From an uncultured Acidimicrobiaceae bacterium (GTDB taxonomy: Bacteria > Actinomycetota > Acidimicrobiia > Acidimicrobiales > RAAP-2): a stretch of 64,000 nucleotides of DNA. The stretch covers positions 453,272-517,271 of the forward strand of contig CAVVPG010000002.1 of assembly GCA_963750075.1 (NCBI GenBank), written 5' to 3'. The first letter of the stretch is position 1, and every line of letters begins with the position of its first letter. Both the position numbers and the translations under genes were made by a program. Of the stretch, positions 35,715 to 43,937 are shown piece after piece. The notes beneath the pieces are model-generated. The model was not told where the DNA came from. It searched no databases and was given only the letters and a program-made list of their open reading frames with translations.

Positions 35715-36863
35715 CTACCAGATCTTCGAAAGACGACGACGCCGACGCACGACGACCAACGCCCCACCTCCGACAGCAAACCCAGCCAGCGGCAGGAGCA
35801 GAACACTCGGGACCTCTGGCGTGTCGTTCGGCGGGATGACGCTCACGAATGAGGGTAGACAGAGTTGGGCAGCTCCTGTGGTGACGACCACCGAGGTGGG
35901 ATTCGGGATCGCCGAAGGTGGCGACGCCGAGAACTGGTTTCCAACCGAGATGCTGTGCGTTGCCCCCCCGGCCGTAACCGAGACGCACAGCAGATGAGCG
36001 CCACCGACGCCGTCACCGTTGATGGTCGACGGTCCGCCAACCGGGGTACCCGCCGAGTCGACGACTTGCTTGATGACCGGAGCGCAGAGTTCCACTGGAT
36101 GAAAGAGACCGCTGCCCGCCTCCTCCTCTGTCCCGAACTGGTCTTCCATTGTCACTCCGAATGGAGTCTTGGCGAACCCACCCGGCGCCACGCTTGCCAC
36201 TTGATAACACTGGAAGTGGTTGAGGTTGAGGTCGTTGGGATCGGTCCAAAGAGTTGGTGGCACCGAACCTGACGCCAGAGGGTTCGTGGCAAGAACGTTC
36301 GGGTCCTCTTTCCACGACGGAAGACACAACCGCGTCGACTTACCCAACGTCAGAGTGCCGGTACCGAACTGGTTCGTCACACTCACCTGAACGGTAGGCG
36401 CAGGAATGGTGGGGTCGGAGAAACAGTAGAGATGCGCCTGGGGGTTGTTCACGCCATAGACCGGTCCGGTCGAAGTGCCCGAAGAATCGCTGGGAGTCTT
36501 GATGACCGGGTTACAAAACTGGTTGTCCGTCGCGCTAGCGGTCGTCGTCGACGCTGACAGCGGCTGGATCATGTTGTGCGTGCCGAACTGGTCAGTGAGG
36601 TCCACCAAGGGCGGGCTGAACCCGTCGCTCTGCACCGGATGGCAGTAGAAGTGATCCAGTCCTCCGGGCTGAGTGGGTGGGTTAGGGCACCCAATGGTCG
36701 AACCAGCGAGCGGAGTGCAGTTCACAGCCGCCGACATGAGCGGCTGAGCAGCACCGGCGGGGATCGAGAACAGGCCAACCGCGAGAACGGCAACGGCTGA
36801 CGCCATCAAGGCGCTGGTGACGTCTAGGAGGACGCCCTTGGATAACCGACGAGGGTCGCCCAT
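35715..36863 (-). CDS. Secreted Cys-repeat protein of unknown family with a PEP-CTERM-like (or sortase-like) C-terminal sorting signal
   Basis: N-terminal signal peptide (ALMASAVAVLAVGLFSIPAGAA). Four repeat units of H-[FL]-x-C ... [DN]-Q-F-[GS] ... [LF]-C-x-P-[SV]-x-K. C-terminus TPEVPSVLLLPLAGFAVGGGALVVVRRRRRLSKIW. Confidence 0.75.
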   Translation of the reverse strand: MGDPRRLSKGVLLDVTSALMASAVAVLAVGLFSIPAGAAQPLMSAAVNCTPLAGSTIGCPNPPTQPGGLDHFYCHPVQSDGFSPPLVDLTDQFGTHNMIQPLSASTTTASATDNQFCNPVIKTPSDSSGTSTGPVYGVNNPQAHLYCFSDPTIPAPTVQVSVTNQFGTGTLTLGKSTRLCLPSWKEDPNVLATNPLASGSVPPTLWTDPNDLNLNHFQCYQVASVAPGGFAKTPFGVTMEDQFGTEEEAGSGLFHPVELCAPVIKQVVDSAGTPVGGPSTINGDGVGGAHLLCVSVTAGGATHSISVGNQFSASPPSAIPNPTSVVVTTGAAQLCLPSFVSVIPPNDTPEVPSVLLLPLAGFAVGGGALVVVRRRRRLSKIW

Positions 36864-37435
36864 AATTGAAATCCTCCATTGCCCGTAGCAGGGGGATGCT
36901 CAGTCGGCTTACGCTTTCGCAACAGTGACGTCAACGGTAATCAACTAAATCTGGTGAAAGTCACGGAGTATTCATTCATTGATCGCGGGCTGGTCATCTT
37001 TGGGTGCCCAAATGGGGCCGTTATCCACACGCCCCGTTGTGCCTCGTACGGGGATAGGGGTTCTGGACGTGAAGGCTCGGCCCCTAGCTGCATAAGGCGC
37101 AGAGCCCGTCCCCGTACTGAACCGGCACGCGGGAGCCCGCCCCCCATCGTCGCCGATGATCAAGCGGTCAACCATGGGACTCAACCCGGCTACCGAACTC
37201 GTGCAGTTCATCTCCAATCCGAGACCGCTCCCAGCGATGAACGGCCGTCTAGACCCCGCAGGGGAGAGTGGCCGAGGGTGGCGTCGATTCCGCATCAGAA
37301 AGGTGGCTTTTGGCAATCCCTTTGGCAATCTACTGAGCCAAATTTCGCAGCACCACAACACACCGGCAGGACTCGAGCCTGTCCTGAACAGGTAGTACGT
37401 CACTGGATACCACGGGATGGACCAACGGAAAATAA

Positions 37436-37477
37436 TACGGATCAGAAGGTTGGGGGTTCGAATCCCTCCGAGCGCGC
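37436..37477 (+). repeat. att core 3: exact 42-nt copy of the tRNA-Arg 3' half
   Basis: tacggatcagaaggttgggggttcgaatccctccgagcgcgc is identical to 19532-19573. It is followed by ccgag, as at core 1. Confidence 0.9.
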
Positions 37478-37578
37478 CGAGTAAGTCCAGTTCAGAGCAA
37501 GTTTCTTGCTCTTCGAGCGACCGGGCCGCCTCCTATTGCTTCTCGTTGCGGCCATTTGCCGAGATCGTTCATTCCGGG

Positions 37579-37776
37579 GCAGTGGTGGGCACCAACGGGG
37601 AATCGCCACGTCTGACAGCGACGCAAGAGTTGGGAGCATCGTCGTGCGATGCGCAAGAAGCTGTGGCGCGGTTCGTCGCCGAGGTGTCGGGAGGTGGACA
37701 CAGCGCACAGGACACAACCTTTGGTGATCTCGTCGGCGACCGGATCGAGCTCACATCCCGCGACCCGCTTCAAGGG
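37579..37776 (+). pseudogene. Probable N-terminal relic of a second tyrosine integrase
   Basis: The frame of ORF 37417..37827 reads VVGTNGESPRLTATQELGASSCDAQEAVARFVAEVSGGGHSAQDTTFGDLVGDRIE. This parallels the N-terminal arm-binding/SAM-like region of the 32350 integrase (SFSFHGCAEEAELHRKELAAEWAE...TVGELVERWL). It has no catalytic domain and abuts the convergent gene ending at 37791. Confidence 0.35.
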
Positions 37777-37790
37777 CGACGACGTGACCA

Positions 37791-39041
37791 TCAATCCCAG
37801 GTCGAGGAGGCTCGACGATCGAGATAGGCGGTCAGCGCCACGATGAGCTCTTCGGCGTCGACTCGGGCCCCGTCGATGAAGCTCGACTTGCGTCGGCGCA
37901 GAAACGGGGTTCCGAGCAGGAACATGCCGGGCGATTCGACGACGCCTCCGTCGTGGCGGATCATCCCCTTGCCATCGAGGACCGCGACGTCGAGCCAGGA
38001 GTAGTCCGGGCGAAATCCCGTCGCCCAGATGATGGTCTCGATCTCACCGCTGGCGAGATCGAGACCCAGCGGCGGCGAGGGGTCCACGACCGTTGGAGAG
38101 AACCGGTGAGGCGGTGGCACCGAGTCGTCGAGGTCGTTCGCAGACGCCCATTCGTCGATGGTGTCGAGCAGCCGTCCGAGCTTGAGGTCTGCCAGCTCGC
38201 ATTTGTTGCGCAAGGATCCCGAGAACTGGGCCCGGCCCCCGTTGATGCCAGCGAGCCGGCCGACCAGCTTTACGCCGATGCTCGTGAGTGCGTTGAGGTC
38301 GAACGTGGCTCGTTCGGGCGAGCCTGCGAGCTGCATGGATGGCACACGCCGTGCTCGGACGATGTCGTCGACCTCGTCGTAGCGTTCATCGAGCACGCCG
38401 GCCGCCTCCATCCACCATTGAATGTCTCGACCCCGATAGACGCGTGGCCCGCGTACGTGCTCGCCAACCGCGAGAGTCACCTGGCGACCGGAGCGCTGGA
38501 TCTCGCACGCGATCTGCACTCCGGTCGCCGATGCGCCGACCACGAGGACGCCCCCTTCGCCGAGCTGCCCCGGGTTCCGGTACTCCAGCGGGGTCAGGGT
38601 CGCCACCGACGATGGCACCGCGTCCGCAAAAGGCGGTACGTGAGGCACGTTGAACGCCCCTGTGGCGACGACGACCGTCTGGCACTGCCACTCGCCTTGG
38701 TTCGTGGTGACGCAGTACTCGCCGTTGGCACGACGCACCGAGGTGACCGGTGTGCCGGACTTCACCGGGGCCGCGATCAGCGTCGCGTAGTCCGTGATGA
38801 ACTCGACGACCTCGGGCATCGTCATGAAGCCGTCGGGATCGCTGCCGTCGTAGGAGCACCCGGGAAGGCGGCATTGCCAGTTCGGCGTGAGCAAACGCAG
38901 CGAATCCCACCGCTCCGTCCTCCACGAGTTGGCGACCTCGTGTCGTTCGAGGACGACGTGATCGATCGAGCGCTCTGAGAGGCAGCTGCTCATCGCCAAC
39001 CCGCTGTGACCGGCTCCGATCACGACGGTCGTGGTGCGCAT
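37791..39041 (-). CDS. FAD/NAD(P)-binding oxidoreductase, flavin-containing monooxygenase-like (COG2072 type)
   Basis: N-terminal VVIGAGHSGLA dinucleotide fold, a second VLVVGASATGVQIA fold, and a C-terminal ATGFRPDYSWL. Confidence 0.8.
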   Translation of the reverse strand: MRTTTVVIGAGHSGLAMSSCLSERSIDHVVLERHEVANSWRTERWDSLRLLTPNWQCRLPGCSYDGSDPDGFMTMPEVVEFITDYATLIAAPVKSGTPVTSVRRANGEYCVTTNQGEWQCQTVVVATGAFNVPHVPPFADAVPSSVATLTPLEYRNPGQLGEGGVLVVGASATGVQIACEIQRSGRQVTLAVGEHVRGPRVYRGRDIQWWMEAAGVLDERYDEVDDIVRARRVPSMQLAGSPERATFDLNALTSIGVKLVGRLAGINGGRAQFSGSLRNKCELADLKLGRLLDTIDEWASANDLDDSVPPPHRFSPTVVDPSPPLGLDLASGEIETIIWATGFRPDYSWLDVAVLDGKGMIRHDGGVVESPGMFLLGTPFLRRRKSSFIDGARVDAEELIVALTAYLDRRASSTWD

Positions 39042-39078
39042 AGAGCTGGCCTGCTCCTCCTCCGAGATGGACTTTGGG

Positions 39079-39640
39079 TCAGCGAACCTGGACGCTCACG
39101 TTGGTGGGGTTCGTGATGATGTCGTACACGGCCGAGCGCTTCTGCGACTGTGCGACCAGCGCCTTGATGTCGTCGGGTGACGCGTCGGCATCGATGTCGT
39201 AGGTCACCTTGATGTCGCTGAAGCCGTTGCGGACATCGCTGTCCATGCCGAGGATGCCGCGCACGTCCATCCCGCCTTCGATCGTCGCCGAAACGCTGCG
39301 CAACTGGATCTCACGGTTCTGCGCGACCGCGGCGACGCCGGCGGTCAGGCAGCTGGCGAGGGCCACGAGCACGTATTCGACAGGGGTGGCGCCGTTGTCC
39401 TCGGAGGCGAAGATCTCCGGGTGATCGGCGTCAAAGACGTACCGGGTGCGGTGGTTCTGCTCCTCGCCGAGCCCGAAGAAGCCCTCGACCGTTGAGCGGC
39501 TGTGGGTGCCGTTCTGCCACTCACAGGTTGCCCGCCATTGGAACTGCGCGGCCTGGGGCGCCTCGGTGAGCAACCCCCGGGCGCCCAAGCAGGGACTCGA
39601 CGTTGACGCCGTTGTTTACTGGTGTGTCCGTAGTGGTCAT
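39079..39640 (-). CDS. OsmC/Ohr family peroxiredoxin-like protein; frame interrupted at the homopolymer 39584-39586 (alternatively a TTG start at 39588)
   Basis: ORF 39079..39588 has GATPVEYVLVALASCLTAGV and the OsmC C-terminal pattern. Upstream, ATG 39640 with GAAGGAG seven nt before it encodes MTTTDTPVNNGVNVESLL, which joins LGARGLLTEAP if one G of a GGG run is removed. Span is 562 nt (3n+1). Confidence 0.75.
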
Positions 39641-39797
39641 GTGCTTGCTCCTTCCTCAATTGCTCTGGGGGATGTCCCCGCGGCGTTACAACACCTGCTC
39701 GAGCAGCGCGCGCCATCGCGCCCGACAATCACGGGAATTGCTCCCGGATCGGCCGATCCGGGAGGCAACATACGCGCTGCCCGGAACGCCCGTCTGC

Positions 39798-41253
39798 CTA
39801 CTCATGATCGGGCCCCAGGGGGCGGCCGAAGGTGACGGCGGACACAACCGGTTCCGGCGTCGACGTGCCCAGTTCGGAGTCTGGGTTCGTCCCCAGCGCG
39901 TCATTGATGGTCGAGAAGGCCAGGCGGAGCGCCACGAAGGCCGTGATGGCGAAGATCTGCGCCTCGTCGAAGCCGGCGTCGCGCAGTCCCTGCACGTCGC
40001 TGTCCTCAATGGCGTTCGGGTCGGTGGCGACGGTTCGAGCCCAATGGGCCAGTGCCCGCTCGTCAGCGCCCAGTCCGTCGTCTGCACCCCGAATGACCGC
40101 CGCCGCAACCTCCGGTCCCAACTCCGCCGCGAGCTTCTTGCCCCACGCCAGCGAGCAGTAGGAGTCGCCCAGGGTCGACGCAGCGGCCGTCACCAGGACA
40201 GCCCGCTGCCGGAGGGTGAGTGAGCCGGCCTGAGTCGCTTGGCCCATGAGGTCGGACAAGCCTTCGAGCGTTGTCGGCATGTACGCCCACAGGCGTGACA
40301 CGTTCGTCACGTAGCCGACACCTTCCACGTCGTCGTCGAACAGGCGTTGTGCCTCGGGCGTGTGCGTCGGCGCTGCGAGGAAGCCTGCGCTCAAATCGTC
40401 GGCTCGGAAAGCCGTGCGGCTGCCGCGGGAGACCCGTACGGCGGGCTTGCGGGCGACGTAGCCCACAACCGCAATCGGCGCTCGGAGCGGGAGGCCGGCG
40501 CGGACTCTCTCGCGAGCGAGCTCGACTGCCGCCTGCAGGAACGCCTCCTCGCCAACCGCCTCCATCGCCTCGAAAGCCGGGCCGGTCGACGCCAAGGCTC
40601 GTGCATACAGCTCTGGATCGGCGAACTCGAACACGAAGGGGATGTCGATGCGCTCGACGTCGGCGAAGCCGGCATCCTGAAGGAGTGTCTCGCCGGCGCC
40701 CGGCCGGCCGAGCGCCACCATGGCGGCTTGGTTCTCCACCTTCGGGGTCGCGGCGAGAGAGAACGGCGCCAGCGCCCACGCGCCCGGTGACGCCTTGATG
40801 TGCCCCCATACCGTGAGCCCGACCCGGCCGCCGGGCACCAGGACACGGTGCACCTCGGCTCATCGCTCCGGGGGTCGTCCCCCAGATGCCGCGGAAGCTG
40901 GTGACGACGTCGAAGACGCCGTCCTCCCAGGGCAGGGCGTGCATGTCCCCGACCCGCAGGTCGGCGTCGGGGTTGCGGTCCCGGGCCACGGCGAGGAGGC
41001 GCTGCGACGCGTCGATGCCCGCGCACCGGGCGCCGCGCAGGCCGGCCAGCTCCACCGCGAGACCCGCCCCGCAGGCAACGTCGAGCAGCGCGTCGCCTGT
41101 GCCGACGCCCAGGCGGTGGTGCATGGCGACGTACTCCCGGCAGTTGGTCGGTTCGGCGAGGGTGGAGAAGTCCACGGCCCGCCGGCCCCAGCCCTCGTCG
41201 ACCCCGCGCCAGCTCTCATCGAGGCGGGGGGAGACTGCCGGATCCCCGGTCAC
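39798..41253 (-). CDS. Class I SAM-dependent methyltransferase fused in frame to a carboxymuconolactone decarboxylase (CMD/AhpD-like) domain; frame interrupted near 40855-40860
   Basis: Methyltransferase motif I LLDVACGAGLAVE, then DVVTSFRGIWGTTPGAM in the frame of ORF 40063..42501, continued by HRVLVPGGRVGLTVWG in ORF 39798..40853. C-terminal CMD pattern GYVTNVSRLWAYMP...LGDSYCSLAWG. The GTG start overlaps the P450 stop (GTGA). Span is 1456 nt (3n+1). Confidence 0.7.
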
Positions 41254-42501
41254 GGCCGTGACCTCGGGAGGGCTGGGCCAGGGATGACCGGCAGCTCGGA
41301 CAGGCCGCGTAGGACGAGGCCGTCGCCATGCCCCCAGCGCAGGTCTGCCGCCGGTACGGCGAGGGAGAGCTCCGGGAACCTGCGCAGGAGCGACGTGAGG
41401 GCGACGTGACCCTCCATGCGGGCCAGTGGCGCACCGAGACAGTGATGGATGCCGTGCCCGAACGCGAGGTGACGGGCCTCGTCCCTCTCGAGGTCGAGCG
41501 TCTCGGGGCTGTGCGTATCGGTCCGCGTCCCGGTTGGCCGCGGCCAGGCAGATGATGACCTGCTCACCGGCGGGGATCGCCACACCTCCGAGAGTGAGCG
41601 GCGCCGCCGTGTAGCGAAACGTCGAATGAGGAACCGGGGCGTCGTAGCGGAGGAACTCCTCGACGGCTTTGGGGATCCTCGCGGGGTCGGCGCGGAGCTG
41701 GGCGAGCTGACCCGGGTTGCGGAACAGGGCGACGAGGCTGTTGCCGATGAGGCTGGCGGTGGTGTCGTGACCGGCGACGATCAGCTGAAAGATCGTCGAG
41801 AGCAGCTCTTGGTTGTCGAGGCGTTCCTCTCCGTCGCGGGCGTTGATCAGAGCGGACACGAGGTCGTCGCCGGGGTCGTTCTGCTTGGCCTCGACGAGTG
41901 CTCCCAACATGGCCACGACGGAGTCGGACGCCTCCTTCGCCGCCGCATACTCGGCCGCAGTGGAGGTGGGGACGAGCAGCTTGGTGAACCCCTCACCGAG
42001 CGAGGCGCGGTCGCGCTGGGGTACGCCGAGGAGCTCGCAGATGACCGTGAACGGCAGTGGGAAGGCGAAGGTCGCAACCAGATCGATCCTGCCCTCGGGT
42101 CCCTGACGAGCGATGTCGTCGAGAAGGTCGTCGGTGATGGTCTGAACGCGGGTGCGCAACGCTTCGACTCGCCGCGTTGAAAATGCGGCTGAGACGAGCC
42201 GCCGCAGCCGGGTGTGGTCGGGCGGATCGACCGTGAGCATGTGCCGGGCGAAGTCCGGTCCGGGTAGACCTTCGGCGACGACGCCGGAGCCTGTTGCCAA
42301 GGCCGCGTGCATGTTCTTGGAGAGCCGCGGCTCGTTGAGGGCGGCACGTGCCTCCTCGTAGCGGACGACGAGCCAGGCGCCATGCCCGTCGGCCAAGGTC
42401 ACCGCATGCACCGGGCCGAGCTCGCGGACCTGTGCGAACAGCGGGAACGGGTCGTCGAGGTCATACGAGCCCCACGCCGCCAGAGCTTCGGTGATCGTCA
42501 T
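41250..42501 (-). CDS. Cytochrome P450; frame interrupted at the G4 homopolymer 41505-41508
   Basis: The N-terminal 330 aa come from ORF 40063..42501 (AGHDTTASL I-helix, EEFLRYDAP ExxR, LAAANRDADRY). The C-terminus comes from ORF 41250..41585 (HLAFGHGIHHCLGAPLAR haem loop). Removing one base of the run gives NRDADRYAQPETLDLERD. Span is 1252 nt (3n+1). Confidence 0.85.
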
Positions 42502-42785
42502 CAGTCACCTCCCCGTCAGGACAGCCTTCGTAGCTCCCGATTCCGACCCGCGTCGATGGGCCCGAAATGACCGCCGCAGGCGTTCGCATCGCTCCACTCG
42601 CTGCACCACGGATCAGCTACCCCTCCCCTCCCGTTGGATCTGCTGCCACTCGAGGTCTAGTGGCGCTACAGAGGAATGGCCAGCGAAAAGTCGATTGACT
42701 TGGACTAGTATCCAATACGAGTGACTAATCGTCAAGAGGGATTGCGGCCTGCCCCTGCAGCTCGGGCAGTCTCTGGTGTCTGCTG

Positions 42786-43412
42786 ATGGCTCGGGCCTGG
42801 GAGCAGCGGAAGACATCAGACGCACGTCAACAGGCGACCGCCGGGTTGATGGACGCCGCCGAGCGTCTCCTCTATGAAGTCGGCTACGCCGGCGTCACCA
42901 CCCGGGCGGTGGCCGAGGCCGCGGGGGTCAACCACGGGCTCGTCCACTACTACTTCGGGTCGATGGAGGAATTGCTCACCCAGACCCTCGAACGCTTTGT
43001 CGAGCAACTGGCCTCGGCCCTCGAAGCGCTGTACGCCGACCCGAATCTGACCTTCGCCGAGAAGTGGCGTCTCGGCTCGCAATTCTGGGTGAACGAGCCG
43101 ACCTCGCGCTTCCCGAAGATCCTTCTCGAGCTCTTGGCGATGGGCTGGAACATGCCGGCTCTCCGGACGCAACTGACCGAAGTCCACGCTCGGTTCCGAG
43201 TGATCTTCGAGCACCACTTCGGGCAGGCCCTTCGCGAATACGGACTCGACGAAACTCAGTTTCCGCTCAAGGTGATCGTGGCCGCTGTCACGAGCTTTCA
43301 GCTGGGACTCATCGTCGAAGGCCTCTCGGGTGTCGAAGAGGGCCACCGAGAGCTCAGCGACTGGATCCAGCAGTGGATCGACGAATTGGAAGCAAAGCGC
43401 ACGCCGCGGTGA
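42786..43412 (+). CDS. TetR/AcrR family transcriptional regulator
   Basis: LMDAAERLLYEVGYAGVTTRAVAEAAGVNHGLVHYYFGSMEELL HTH; divergent from the P450 operon. Confidence 0.85.
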   Translation: MARAWEQRKTSDARQQATAGLMDAAERLLYEVGYAGVTTRAVAEAAGVNHGLVHYYFGSMEELLTQTLERFVEQLASALEALYADPNLTFAEKWRLGSQFWVNEPTSRFPKILLELLAMGWNMPALRTQLTEVHARFRVIFEHHFGQALREYGLDETQFPLKVIVAAVTSFQLGLIVEGLSGVEEGHRELSDWIQQWIDELEAKRTPR

Positions 43413-43539
43413 CCGACGTCGGCGATCTGTTGACCATGATCGGCCTAAGCACATCGTCGTGGGTCGGGCGACTGACGCCCGAGGTGCCAAAGGTCTGCCG
43501 ACGATGTGTCCACATCCAAAAAGGCCCGCAGCCATCACT

Positions 43540-43877
43540 TCAGCGCCGGTGATTCTCGCAGAGCCGAATCATGCGCAGCATCTTCTCGGCGTCTTGCTCG
43601 ACATGTGGCAGCTGGACGGAGTTGGAGCATGCCCTCGGCATCCTCGTGGTCCGGACCCCACATGCGGATGAGGGTCCAGATCCTCTCCACGTCTTCACGG
43701 GAGGTGCACGGATCGACAAGCTTCGTGATCCAGGGCAGGTCCAGCGCCCGGAGCTCATCGAGGAATATCACGTCCTCAACGCGCAGTGCCCTTTCGCTCG
43801 TCAGTCTTCTTGGGGAGTTCACCTCTGGGCAGATCGCACTGGCGGGGCCGGCGGGACCATGGAATGACGACGACATC
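43540..43877 (-). CDS. Hypothetical protein in a lower-GC patch; possibly frame-interrupted near 43600-43625
   Basis: ORF 43535..44095 from MSSSFHG reads ...RALRVEDVIFLDELRALDLPWITKLVDPCTSREDVERIWTLIRMWGPDHEDAEGML. The overlapping ORF 43540..43758 supplies a more protein-like tail, VQLPHVEQDAEKMLRMIRLCENHRR. No family recognised. Confidence 0.3.
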
Positions 43878-43937
43878 AACTCGAGATCACGAGACCTCAG
43901 GCGGGGCACCCGCCCGGTGCCGGGCACTTCTTGTGTG

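Noticed and set aside
35715-35831. Reading LPLAG in the secreted protein's tail as a classical sortase LPxTG signal.
   Set aside because: This is not fully excluded, but it leaves only 11 hydrophobic residues before the Arg cluster and lacks the Thr. The PEVP + 20-residue helix + RRRRR reading fits a PEP-CTERM-type signal better.
36879-37484. 201-aa + strand ORF filling the gene-free tract.
   Set aside because: It is Arg/Pro/Gly-rich with no motifs, and it terminates inside the tRNA-derived att core. It is most likely a chance open frame.
40063-42501. 812-aa ORF that could be read as one giant protein.
   Set aside because: It is a composite. P450 sequence runs to about 41510, followed by out-of-frame junk. 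Methyltransferase sequence then runs from 41253 to about 40860, followed by junk again. The haem loop and the methyltransferase C-terminus lie in other frames.
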